Origin: Halomicronema hongdechloris C2206 | GTDB taxonomy: Bacteria; Cyanobacteriota; Cyanobacteriia; Phormidesmidales; Phormidesmidaceae | Reading direction: 5' to 3' | Assembly: GCF_002075285.3 (NCBI RefSeq) | Contig: NZ_CP021983.2 | Location: forward strand, 5,370,001 to 5,402,000 | Length of the DNA: 32,000 nucleotides | Shown: positions 13,392 through 22,094 of the stretch, in pieces | Numbering within the stretch: position 1 is the first letter of the stretch | Layout: each line of letters opens with the position of its first letter | The notes under the pieces: model-generated | What the model was told of the DNA's origin: nothing | The model's database searches: none | What the model saw: the letters and a program-made list of their open reading frames with translations, nothing else | Program-made: the position numbers and the translations under genes

Positions 13392-14285
13392 CTATTCATT
13401 CTCACCGAAACGAGCCTGTAAACACTCGGTAAACAGCTGCACCTTAGCAGAGAGATGGCGGTTGACCGGGTAAATCACAGACATGGCGATGGCTGGGGCG
13501 GTGTAATCCGTCAACAGGGGGTGTAAGGTGCCGTGTTGCAGATCATCACCGACGATAAAGGTGGGGAGTAGGGCAATGCCTAGTCCCTGCAGGGCCGCTT
13601 GCCGCAAGACTTCACCGTTATTGCAGCACAACGCCCCATTTACAGTCACTGCGTGTCGGCCGTCAGGTCCCTCCAGGATCCACTGGTTGCCGGTGGCCAG
13701 ATAGCCGTAGTGGAGGCAGGAATGCTGGGATAAGTCTTGGGCATGTTGGGGCCAGCCCTTCTTATTTAAATAGTTAGGGGTGGCGCAGAGGACCCGCTGC
13801 ACTGGCATCAACTCATGCACAATCAGGCTGGGGCTGGTGGGGGGCTGGGCGATGCGTATCGTAATGTCGAAGCCCTCTTCAATGGGGTCGATGAACCGAT
13901 CACTGAGGGCCAGTTCCACTTGGAGGTCTGGGTAGGAAGCTAGAAATTCAGCCAGGGCCGGGGCCAGATGGCGAGTGCCGAAGGACATGGGGGCATTGAT
14001 GCGGAGACTGCCGCGCACCTCGGTCTGCATTTGGGTGGCGGCCAGTTCTGCCTCCTGCAGGTCCTCCAAAATCGCCACGCAGCGCTCGTAGAACGACAGG
14101 CCCGTTGCCGTTGGGGTGACCTGGCGGGTGGTGCGATGCAGCAACTGCACCCCCAGGTGGTCTTCCAGGTTAATCACCAGTTTGTTCACGGCGGAGCGGG
14201 ACAGGCCCATCTCTCGGGCGGCGGCGGCAAAGCCTCCGGCGATGACTACCTGAGTAAAGGCGCGTATGCTCTCAAATTTATCCAT
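13392..14285 (-). CDS. LysR-family transcriptional regulator
   Basis: 297-aa ORF. The N-terminal [48 protein letters not shown] is followed by a LysR substrate-binding domain. It is divergent from the pirin gene. Confidence 0.9.
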   Translation of the reverse strand: MDKFESIRAFTQVVIAGGFAAAAREMGLSRSAVNKLVINLEDHLGVQLLHRTTRQVTPTATGLSFYERCVAILEDLQEAELAATQMQTEVRGSLRINAPMSFGTRHLAPALAEFLASYPDLQVELALSDRFIDPIEEGFDITIRIAQPPTSPSLIVHELMPVQRVLCATPNYLNKKGWPQHAQDLSQHSCLHYGYLATGNQWILEGPDGRHAVTVNGALCCNNGEVLRQAALQGLGIALLPTFIVGDDLQHGTLHPLLTDYTAPAIAMSVIYPVNRHLSAKVQLFTECLQARFGENE

Positions 14286-14306
14286 GGTTATTGTTGATAA
14301 ATTGGC

Positions 14307-14336
14307 GACAGATTGTAGATAAAATTGCCAATTGTC
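14307..14336. promoter_or_regulatory. Imperfect inverted repeat GACAGATTG-N13-CAATTGTC in the LysR/pirin divergent intergenic region; candidate LysR box
   Basis: Read directly. It lies 22 bp from the lysR start codon. The function is inferred only from its position. Confidence 0.25.
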
Positions 14337-14530
14337 TTTTTATTGGATTCAATTCATAATACAGCTAACGGCAATCAGCCCTGATTCAGTCCAGAGCAAG
14401 CTGGTTCTCTAGTACTTAATAAGGAGTCACTTGCGATCGCACCCTTTGCCCTTTGCTGGGCGATTGCCAACCAGATCGTTTTTTCAGCCATCGTTTCTAT
14501 CACTGCTTTGCGCCGACGAGGAGGTGCCCC

Positions 14531-15235
14531 ATGATCACGATTCGCCCAGCCAATCAGCGTGGCGCCGCCAACTTTGGCTGGCTCGATAGCCGCCACACCT
14601 TTTCCTTTGGCAACTACTACGATCCCAATCACATGGGATTTGCCAGCCTGCGGGTAATCAACGAAGACAAGATCCAGCCATCCCAGGGATTTGGCACCCA
14701 TGGCCATCGCGATATGGAGATCATTACCTACGTACTCGAGGGCGCCCTAGCCCACAAAGACAGCATTGGTAACGGATCTGCCATTACCCCCGGAGATGTG
14801 CAGCGCATGTCTGCCGGTACTGGCATTCGCCACAGTGAGTTTAATCACTCTGCCACCGACCCGGTGCATCTGCTGCAGATCTGGATTCTGCCGGAGCAAA
14901 CTGGTCTGGAGCCCAGCTACGAACAGATTCGTATCCCCACGGAAGATAAACGTGGTCAGCTACGGTTGATCGGCTCTCGCCAGGGCCGGGAGGGCTCGAT
15001 TACCATTCACCAAGATGTGGATCTCTACGCGGCAGTACTCAGTCAAGCCGATGCCGTCGAGTATGAGTTGTCCCCCAATCGGGCCGCCTGGCTGCAGGTG
15101 GCTCGCGGAGCGGTTCAGCTCAATGGTGAGTCGCTCACCGCCGGAGACGGGGCCGCCATCGTTGATGAAACGTCCCTAGTCATTGCTAGCCAAGCCGAGG
15201 ATACCGAAGTGGTGTTGTTCGATATGGCAGTTTGA
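14531..15235 (+). CDS. Pirin-family protein (YhhW-like bicupin)
   Basis: ATG 14531 is preceded by GAGGAGG. The sequence has [32 protein letters not shown] and the metal-site motif [19 protein letters not shown]. Confidence 0.9.
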   Translation: MITIRPANQRGAANFGWLDSRHTFSFGNYYDPNHMGFASLRVINEDKIQPSQGFGTHGHRDMEIITYVLEGALAHKDSIGNGSAITPGDVQRMSAGTGIRHSEFNHSATDPVHLLQIWILPEQTGLEPSYEQIRIPTEDKRGQLRLIGSRQGREGSITIHQDVDLYAAVLSQADAVEYELSPNRAAWLQVARGAVQLNGESLTAGDGAAIVDETSLVIASQAEDTEVVLFDMAV

Positions 15236-15442
15236 GGCAAGGGGGCTATCTGGGCCCCCTGCAAACCACCGTTGGCCATTGTTTCGTGGATGTCAATTAA
15301 ATCCATACTGACGCCCCCTACTGTGATGGCAGCCATAGCCAACTCTGAGTCGGCCGTCATCAAATCAAGAGTTAGGAGCTGCAATCTCCTAGCAATTGTC
15401 AGTTCCTAGTGCCTGCCGAAAACCCAGTAAAGACCTATTGCC

Positions 15443-16030
15443 ATGACTACTCCAAAACTGCTGGCCTTTGCCGGCAGCCTCCGCCGGGACTCATTCAACA
15501 AGAAGCTGGTCAAAATTGCCGCCGCGGGGGCCGAAGCTGCCGGCGCCAAGGTCACCTATGTTGATCTGAAAGACTATCCCATGCCCATCTACGACCAGGA
15601 TTGGTTCGATCAGCATGGGTTTCCCGAGAGTGTGCTGCAGCTCAAGGGCCTGATGAAGGACCACCACGGCTTCTTGATTGCCTCGCCGGAGTACAACAGC
15701 TCTATTTCTGGGGCATTGAAGAACATGATCGACTGGACCTCTCGCCCTGAGGAAGGAGAGGCGCCTTTGTCTCTGACTTGCTTCAAGGGCAAAACCGCCG
15801 CTATCATGGCCACCTCTCCGGGGGGATTAGGCGGCCTGCGCGGTCTTAACCATGTGCGCTCGATTCTGGAGAACATCGGGGTGTTGGTGATTCCCGACCA
15901 AAAGGCCATCCCAGGAGCCTATCAGGCCTTTGATGAGGCCGGCAATCTGGTAGATGAGAAAACCCATGATGCGATCGCATCTATTGCCGCCAAACTGGCC
16001 GACGTCACTGCCAAGTTGCAGACTGCTTAA
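15443..16030 (+). CDS. NAD(P)H-dependent FMN reductase (flavodoxin-like fold)
   Basis: 195-aa ORF with LLAFAGSLRRDSFNKKL and LIASPEYNSSISGALKNMIDWTSR, which are the PF03358-type motifs. Confidence 0.85.
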   Translation: MTTPKLLAFAGSLRRDSFNKKLVKIAAAGAEAAGAKVTYVDLKDYPMPIYDQDWFDQHGFPESVLQLKGLMKDHHGFLIASPEYNSSISGALKNMIDWTSRPEEGEAPLSLTCFKGKTAAIMATSPGGLGGLRGLNHVRSILENIGVLVIPDQKAIPGAYQAFDEAGNLVDEKTHDAIASIAAKLADVTAKLQTA

Positions 16031-16217
16031 GAGGCCCGCTGCGCTAACCAATCCGTAAAGCCTGCCACCACTTGCTGCACGGCCGCAAACCCAGCAGGCA
16101 CCTGCCGAGCCAAGGCCAGGGCTCGATGGCGAAGCGGCGATAGGCATCTAACTCCAACAGCAGGGATACTATACGTGATGCCGAAGATCCTGATCACATA
16201 TCAGTTTGGGAAAAACC

Positions 16218-17198
16218 TCATGATGCAGCGGATTCTGCATCGTCTTGATGGTGAGAGACATGCTCCAAAATCCTTTCGCCTAAGGCTTTATGCCTGGGGT
16301 GGTCAACCAGTCCGGTATCCAGCAGCACGACCCCAAACAGGATCGCCCATCCCTTGGCCTTGAGCAGCATGGCTTCCGAAATCTCGCCATAGGCAGCCAG
16401 AGCTTGAAGGCGTGCATTGTGGTCAGCAAAGAGCATCCAGATAGACGCTAAATCCGTTGCCACATCGCCAGCTGTGATGTCGCCCCAGTCGATAATGCCG
16501 GTAATGACTCCGTTCTCAACCAACACATTGCGGGGATGCAAATCCCCATGCAGCCACCAGGATTGAAAATCAGCAGGTGCGTGCAAAGCAGCCTGCCAGA
16601 TATGCCTGATCTTTTCGGTAATGAGGTTGGTCTTGGCCTCCAGTCGCTGCATGCGCTCTTCTGTTGACTCTGCCCGCTGGCTCAGTGGCACTCCCCTCAC
16701 CGGATTATGGGGCGCATTAGCTGGAGCCGGCTGATGCAGTGCTTTGAGAAATGAGCCAAACCGTTGCGCTTGGTTTGCATCGGGTGGCGCTTGATCTGCC
16801 GCTCGACCAGGCAACCACGGCAGTATGCTCCATCGCCAGGGATAGCCGTGGCCAGGCAACCCGATTCTCAGTGGAATTGGAACCGCAATCGGCAGTTGAT
16901 TCGCCAACACCGGCAGCCAGGTTTGTTCATGTTCGATGAGCGGAGCGGCAACGTTTCGGCGAGGCAGTCTGACACAAAACTGGTCACCCAGACGAAACAT
17001 CGCATTATCCCACCCAACATCTACAGGTTGAACTGGCAGATGCGCTAAATCAGGATGCTGGTCTGCTAGCAACCTGTGGACGAGGGTTGCATCAATTTCC
17101 AGTTCTGATGCTGGTGTCCCTGCCAAGGCTAACGTTTGATGTGCTTGCATACCTGCCTTACCACTCGGTGTTCCTGGGTTAGCTCTCGTCAATTCCAT
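16218..17198 (-). CDS. Aminoglycoside phosphotransferase (APH) family kinase
   Basis: The catalytic loop is WLHGDLHPRNVLVENGVITGIIDWGDITAGD (Brenner HxDxxxxN plus DWG). The N-lobe has GWDNAMFRLGDQFCVRLPRR. ATG is at 17198; 17201 is GTG. Confidence 0.85.
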   Translation of the reverse strand: MELTRANPGTPSGKAGMQAHQTLALAGTPASELEIDATLVHRLLADQHPDLAHLPVQPVDVGWDNAMFRLGDQFCVRLPRRNVAAPLIEHEQTWLPVLANQLPIAVPIPLRIGLPGHGYPWRWSILPWLPGRAADQAPPDANQAQRFGSFLKALHQPAPANAPHNPVRGVPLSQRAESTEERMQRLEAKTNLITEKIRHIWQAALHAPADFQSWWLHGDLHPRNVLVENGVITGIIDWGDITAGDVATDLASIWMLFADHNARLQALAAYGEISEAMLLKAKGWAILFGVVLLDTGLVDHPRHKALGERILEHVSHHQDDAESAAS

Positions 17199-17391
17199 CA
17201 CGTTTGTGGTGTGCTGTCATGCCGCAGGTGAGCGACGTAATACGGAGAGCAACCAGAATGGTTTCTGAGGTTGGTCGAGGATAGAGACTGAGATTAGACA
17301 ACAGCGCAATCAGAAGAATCGAGAGGCCGACCCCTATCCACCCCAAAGGCTTCACATCCGTTGGCGTAGGCTGAAGCTGATTCATAATCAC
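17179..17391 (-). CDS. Hypothetical small single-TM protein
   Basis: 70-aa ORF filling the gap between the AAC(3)-like and APH genes. It has one hydrophobic helix (LGWIGVGLSILLIALL) and no recognisable family. Confidence 0.25.
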   Translation of the reverse strand: MIMNQLQPTPTDVKPLGWIGVGLSILLIALLSNLSLYPRPTSETILVALRITSLTCGMTAHHKRDGIDES

Positions 17392-17405
17392 GTCCTTTCT
17401 GAAGG

Positions 17406-17437
17406 TGCATGTCTTTAAAGCTGCATGTCTTTAAAGC
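17406..17437. repeat. Perfect 16-bp tandem duplication (TGCATGTCTTTAAAGC x2) spanning the AAC(3)-like stop codon
   Basis: Read directly: 17406..17421 equals 17422..17437. The gene's TAA (17431..17433) lies in the second copy. Confidence 0.9.
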
Positions 17438-17949
17438 TCTGATGCCTTGGAGTGACCCGTCGCTGATTGCTCAAATGGCTCGCCAACAGCTACGGCAATA
17501 TCAAAATGTAAGACATCTTCCCGAACGCCCAGTTTTGAGTACAAACTGATAGCCGGTTCATCGCCGTGGTCAGCCTGTACGAAAATGAGATAGGCTCCCC
17601 GGTCGGCAGCAAGAGGCTTCAGTGCCTCGATGAGTTTCGTGGCAATACCCTGGCGTCGGTATTCTACGAGGACTGCCAAATCATAGATATAAATTTCGCT
17701 GCGTTCCTGTTCAAACTTTTGCAGCTCGTAGGCGGCTAGACCGCCAACCACTTTTCCATCTTTTAAGGCGACCAGCCCGATAAAGTGGCGTTGGCTGAGT
17801 AGCTTTTGCAAGTAATCATTACTGGGCTGAGCCTGGCAATAGGTGTCCGCTTCATCAAAAGCATCGCCAAAGACAGTGAGCAATGCTCTCATTAAATCGA
17901 TATCGGTTTCAGCCAGTTGCTGAATGGCTATGTAGTCTGTTGGTTTCAT
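17431..17949 (-). CDS. AAC(3)-I-like aminoglycoside N-acetyltransferase (GNAT)
   Basis: KFEQERSEIYIYDLAVLVEYRRQGIATKLIEALKPLAADRGAYLIFVQADHGDEPAISLYSKLGVREDVLHFDI is nearly colinear with AAC(3)-Ia as I remember it (KFEQPRSEIYIYDLAV..RRQGIAT...[34 protein letters not shown]). Confidence 0.8.
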   Translation of the reverse strand: MKPTDYIAIQQLAETDIDLMRALLTVFGDAFDEADTYCQAQPSNDYLQKLLSQRHFIGLVALKDGKVVGGLAAYELQKFEQERSEIYIYDLAVLVEYRRQGIATKLIEALKPLAADRGAYLIFVQADHGDEPAISLYSKLGVREDVLHFDIAVAVGEPFEQSATGHSKASEL

Positions 17950-17967
17950 TGGAAAAGTTGTCCACCC

Positions 17968-18438
17968 CTAACTGGCAAGTTCGCACGGTTGGCGGCGCTT
18001 GGTGAACTTCGCTTCTCCGGCATACTCCCCCTCCGCCACAACCTCCGTCAGTAGCCAATCCAGGTGTTGGTAAAAACCATACGCTCTGAGCGATGGATCA
18101 TTTCCTGTCAGGAGCCAAATTTCGTCGAGTCCCTGAGACCATAGCCAGGTCTCGGCGGCTTGCATGAGGGCTCGTCCCGCGCCTTGACCTTCAAACTTGG
18201 GAAGCACAAAGATACCGAAAATCGTGGCTTCAGTGGCGTTGGCGATCGCAAACCCCACCGATTGTCCCGCCAGTTCCGCGATCCAAGCACAGCAGTCTGT
18301 CGCCAGCGTTGCGGCAATGGACTCCGGCGTGATGCCCAGCTCAGCAATCTCTTCGCGCGATTGGTGGTTTTCGGTAACACTGGTGCGGATATCAAACATC
18401 ATTTCAATATCGGTTGATTGAGCGACTCGAACTAACAT
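17968..18438 (-). CDS. GNAT-family N-acetyltransferase
   Basis: 156-aa ORF. The acetyl-CoA motif A is FVLPKFEGQGAGRALMQAAETW. Confidence 0.8.
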   Translation of the reverse strand: MLVRVAQSTDIEMMFDIRTSVTENHQSREEIAELGITPESIAATLATDCCAWIAELAGQSVGFAIANATEATIFGIFVLPKFEGQGAGRALMQAAETWLWSQGLDEIWLLTGNDPSLRAYGFYQHLDWLLTEVVAEGEYAGEAKFTKRRQPCELAS

Positions 18439-18500
18439 GATTTATCTCCATTCAAGAACGTATTTTTTGGGTGCCGTGTGCGACTCACAATCCTTAGTCA

Positions 18501-18989
18501 TCAAACTTCTAGCGCGCAAATCATATTGAACGATTCGCTGCCGGTGCGGTTGAGAATTTCGCTGCCGGAGACCGGCACAAAGCCGACTCGCGAATATAGA
18601 CGCACCGCAGGGTTATCACCGCGCACACTCAGACTCACGGCGGGGAAGGCTCCCTTGGCAGCGGCTAACAGTTGGGTGAGCAGACGCGTGCCAACGCCCT
18701 GCCCGCGATAGTCGGGGGCAACACCGATCGACAACTCAGGAATGTCATCGCGGATATAGCCAAATCCTTTGTCACCCCCTGACCAAAGCCGTAACCAGGC
18801 AGCACCAATCGGGGTGGCGGCTCGCCATGCCCCATAGCCCACATCTCCCGGACGCCCCCACCCCGTGGTATAGCGAGCCAGCAGGGGGTGTTGTAGAGCC
18901 TCCAAAGAGGATTCGTGAGCGGCATACCGCAGCATTTCCCACACTATCGGCTCATCTCCAGCGGTCAAAGGACGCATCGTGTAATCCAT
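18501..18989 (-). CDS. GNAT-family N-acetyltransferase
   Basis: 162-aa ORF. Motif A is VAPDYRGQGVGTRLLTQLLAAA, followed by NPAVRLYSRVGF. Confidence 0.8.
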   Translation of the reverse strand: MDYTMRPLTAGDEPIVWEMLRYAAHESSLEALQHPLLARYTTGWGRPGDVGYGAWRAATPIGAAWLRLWSGGDKGFGYIRDDIPELSIGVAPDYRGQGVGTRLLTQLLAAAKGAFPAVSLSVRGDNPAVRLYSRVGFVPVSGSEILNRTGSESFNMICALEV

Positions 18990-19142
18990 GAATTTTTGAT
19001 GGGTTTTACTGTGTAGATAACTGTGGGAGATAGCGTCAAGCTCATACCTCCATCGAAAAGGCGATCGCTCACAGCGGCGATCGCCCTGCTGCTCAATGAT
19101 TTCGGCTTCCGACGGATCATCAAATCTCAGCCCTCAAGCGCT

Positions 19143-19919
19143 CTAGGCCAAACGATTGGCCGCTGAGCGTAACTGCTCTGAGCAGTCTTTGGTAATCGGT
19201 GCGCCATGAGCCACGGAAATCACCCGTAAAGACGACACCGTATCAGCCAAAGTCTGCAACCATTGACGATAAGCCGCTTTGTCGGTCATGAAGAACCGCT
19301 GACCCAGAGCAGTAATGCCGAATTGGTTACCGGCCCCAAGCCAGCGCAGGAGCCACTTGCTCCGGGGCGCATGCGCTTCCAGGTAAGCATCGGTCAGGTT
19401 GAACAGGATATCGGTGAACAGCAACGCCTTGCCCGTCGTCAGGGGGAGTTCATATACCAGTTCCTGGGGACGAATGCCGTTTGGGGTGTGGCAAATAATG
19501 CCGTAATCAGGCAGCCATTCTTCCGCGATCGCATCGACCGCCACTACTTCTTCCACATAGGGCTTAGCGACGGCTGGAGCTACTACCGCTAACTGGGGAT
19601 AACGGCGTTTGTAGATGGCCGCGTCAATCCGATGGATGCGGTTCGGCACGATCATGATGGTCGGAGTCCCGAGAGATTCCAGGTGTTTCAGGCTAGCCTC
19701 ATCTAGGGCGATCGCGCTATGAATTAGCAAACATCCATCGGGGAGTCGATAAATTACCATCTCCCTGGGCGTCGGCCTCAGCACCCCGATAACGTGCCAC
19801 AACCCGGACACCAGTTCAGTTATGGGACTGTGGGGCAATACATGGGCGGCCCATGCCTCGGCCAAACTATCTCCACACCCGTTGTCGATAAAGGGGTTTC
19901 TGCCCCGCATGAGTGACAT
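19143..19919 (-). CDS. DUF4336-like (MBL-fold-related) protein
   Basis: 258-aa ORF. MVIYRLPDGCLLIHSAIALDEASLKHLESLGTPTIMIVPNRIHRIDAAIYKRRYPQ matches my recollection of DUF4336 proteins. Confidence 0.5.
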   Translation of the reverse strand: MSLMRGRNPFIDNGCGDSLAEAWAAHVLPHSPITELVSGLWHVIGVLRPTPREMVIYRLPDGCLLIHSAIALDEASLKHLESLGTPTIMIVPNRIHRIDAAIYKRRYPQLAVVAPAVAKPYVEEVVAVDAIAEEWLPDYGIICHTPNGIRPQELVYELPLTTGKALLFTDILFNLTDAYLEAHAPRSKWLLRWLGAGNQFGITALGQRFFMTDKAAYRQWLQTLADTVSSLRVISVAHGAPITKDCSEQLRSAANRLA

Positions 19920-19990
19920 TTTTCAAGCATATTGATTCAGGCTCTTGCGATTTAATTCAGCATTTCGGCAAGGCAGGCGTACAATGGCGA

Positions 19991-20380
19991 TTAACTCTCT
20001 ATCCTGACAATCGTCGCGTCAATTTCTACTAGCTGGTTTTCATGGCCCAGCAGAAAAACTCCTAGCAGCGTTGCAGGCGGCACAGCGTTATCAAACCACT
20101 CTGCAACAGCCTGCCACGCATTGGTAAGATTTGCATGGTCACCAACCACGTATATTTTTAGTTGCCGAATGTCGCGATCGCTAAACCCATACAAATTCAT
20201 CAAGGTGCGCAGGTTTTTTAGGCACTGACTGGCCTGGGCGTGGGGACTGCCAATGCCGACTAAATTGCCCTCAATACCATGAGGTACCTGCCCGGCAACA
20301 AATAGCTGATTGCCAACCGGCTGAGCGTATTGGTAACCAGGGGTGACAGCTAGTCCTGCCTGGATTTCAAGAGTATTCAT
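19991..20380 (-). CDS. RidA/YjgF/L-PSP family protein
   Basis: The internal ATG 20380 (MNTLEIQ...) is used. The sequence has YAQPVGNQLFVAGQVP...QASQCLKNLRTLM...LVEIDATIV. Confidence 0.8.
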   Translation of the reverse strand: MNTLEIQAGLAVTPGYQYAQPVGNQLFVAGQVPHGIEGNLVGIGSPHAQASQCLKNLRTLMNLYGFSDRDIRQLKIYVVGDHANLTNAWQAVAEWFDNAVPPATLLGVFLLGHENQLVEIDATIVRIES

Positions 20381-20399
20381 AAAAACCTTCTTCGAGATA

Positions 20400-20870
20400 A
20401 ATAGGGAGAACTTGAACAAGTCTTTCCAGTCGATTGAGTCATAGCCAAGCAACAATTGAATCGCCTGCTCAGGGATGGCAACGCCAGTACGAGAGCTGCA
20501 GAAGTCAGGTGTTTTGAGCAGCCTAAAAACAAATCGAGAAGATCCGGAGAACCGAGAAGATATTAAGTCTAACCGCCCCCAGGTTTGGAGGCCAGGGAAC
20601 TAAAATCGGATTCAACAGCGTAAGTCCTGCTAAACCCAACGTTGCCTTGAGCGGCAGTCGAATGGGTTGTTCGCTGCCATAGGATGCGATCGTCGTCTCA
20701 AAGAGTTCAATAGCGCCCTCGCGACTTTTCTGGTCTTCCCCAAAGGTGAGAAACCGGGTGGACTCGCGATCGGTCATAAACTGGATGAACGGCTCCCGAT
20801 CCTCTGGGACGAACCGACGGATTTGCAGGCAAGCAGTTTCTATCAGTGGCTGAGCAGGGAATAGAGACAT
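20400..20870 (-). pseudogene. Decayed RimJ/RimL-type GNAT acetyltransferase
   Basis: The N-terminal half is intact (LIETACLQIRRFVPEDREPFIQFMTDRESTRFLTFGE...). The frame then degenerates into non-GNAT sequence and stops at 20523. A motif-A-like stretch (RTGVAIPEQAIQLLLGYDSIDW) reappears in another frame at about 20424..20492 and runs into the RidA upstream region. The frameshift reading is tentative. Confidence 0.45.
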
Positions 20871-20886
20871 CAGTAACTCAATGACA

Positions 20887-21444
20887 TCAATCGTTCGACT
20901 GAGCAGTAGAGGTTGGATAGATCATCGCGACTCGTCGGTCGGGACGCAGTCCACGCTGCTGTTCGGCTTGTTCCAGCTCAACATGGCGTGGCGTCAATTT
21001 AGCCGAATCGATGATGATACAAAATCCTCGACGCTGATAGAAGGGCGCGTTCCAAGGGACATCGCGGAACGTCCTTAAGGTGACCGCTCTGTAACCAGCA
21101 GCCGTGGCCCATTCGCAAACTTGACGCAGCAGTGCAGAACCCACGCCCCGCTGCCCATGCTCTGGCACCACCGAGAGTTCATCCAAGTGGGCGTACTCAT
21201 CGAAGTCGAGCACCAGCGCGAATCCGACCGGTTCACCGATCGCCGTCTCCGCAACCCACAACCTCCCGGCTTGGCAAGCTAGCGCTAAATCCGCAACTGA
21301 GTTGACGTGGTTTAAGCTGTCTACCGTCAGCCCGGTGGCTTCTAATTGGTCGAGAAATTGCTGTGCGGCTCGCCGCTCGATCGCAGGCAAGTCGGCAACA
21401 TCAACCCGGTTAGCTTTCCGAATCCGATAAGCAGATGGCGTCAT
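20887..21444 (-). CDS. GNAT-family N-acetyltransferase
   Basis: ATG is at 21444; 21471 is TTG. Motif A is VVPEHGQRGVGSALLRQVCEWA, and the C-terminal part is WNAPFYQRRGF. Confidence 0.8.
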   Translation of the reverse strand: MTPSAYRIRKANRVDVADLPAIERRAAQQFLDQLEATGLTVDSLNHVNSVADLALACQAGRLWVAETAIGEPVGFALVLDFDEYAHLDELSVVPEHGQRGVGSALLRQVCEWATAAGYRAVTLRTFRDVPWNAPFYQRRGFCIIIDSAKLTPRHVELEQAEQQRGLRPDRRVAMIYPTSTAQSND

Positions 21445-21488
21445 TGATGGCTGCTGATGATATGTGAGCAACTTGAAGTTAGGAAAAC

Positions 21489-21785
21489 TCAGTGCGGATC
21501 TTGCCGAGAGTGAGCGTTATAGCGCTGCTCCAACCAGATCCGCAGAGCCTCTTCAGAACGGTTTTTGAGTCGCTGCTGAGTAACCGGATCGTAGGCATCA
21601 AACCAGATTTCACCCTTGCGAGCTCGAACCGTGTGAACTTTGGGCGTATTGTCTGGAGCAAAGAACCGTAGCAGTCGACCCATCACCGTTTTCAGTCCTT
21701 GAGCGACTTTAGACGGCGGGTGAGTTGAGAAGCTACCGACGGGCAATAACTCTAGTTGTTCATAAGTGCTGGATTGGTTATTCAT
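21489..21785 (-). CDS. Conserved-looking small hypothetical protein
   Basis: ATG 21785 lies 8 nt after AGGAG. KGEIWFDAYDPVTQQRL...EEALRIWLEQRY resembles small cyanobacterial hypothetical proteins. No function is known to me. Confidence 0.5.
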   Translation of the reverse strand: MNNQSSTYEQLELLPVGSFSTHPPSKVAQGLKTVMGRLLRFFAPDNTPKVHTVRARKGEIWFDAYDPVTQQRLKNRSEEALRIWLEQRYNAHSRQDPH

Positions 21786-22094
21786 GGAAAACACTCCTAG
21801 TGTTGCTGGAGACGAGCAGCTGGGATGAGGACAGTCCTGGAAAGCCAGAAAACCAATCGTAGAGATTAGATTCCCGGGCTCACATCATCTCTGTTAAAAG
21901 AGAATGTCTAGGGAAGACGTTGGCTTCACGCTGTTCGAATCAAGTTGGATTTAGGAATCCTGAATTTCCCCAACTCTCCGCCTGGTAGATTCAACGTTAG
22001 TCGCTCGCTATCGTCACTGTCGTTGTGGGAAAGGTATGGGTTTTGTTGCCCAGGTATGGAAAAGTAAGGTAGGAGCCTCTTATCAGCCAATTCC

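Noticed and set aside
15827-16217. ORF 15827..16147 (106 aa, minus strand) and an adjacent start-less open frame in the 187-bp gap between the FMN-reductase and APH genes.
   Set aside because: The ORF mostly overlaps the FMN-reductase coding region in antisense and is low-complexity (Ala/Gly/Ser-rich). The start-less frame has no motif I recognise.
21926-21960. GTTCGAATC string resembling a tRNA T-arm, and the 66-aa ORF 21926..22126.
   Set aside because: The flanking sequence cannot be folded into acceptor, D and anticodon arms. The ORF lies in the divergent promoter region and has no supporting features.
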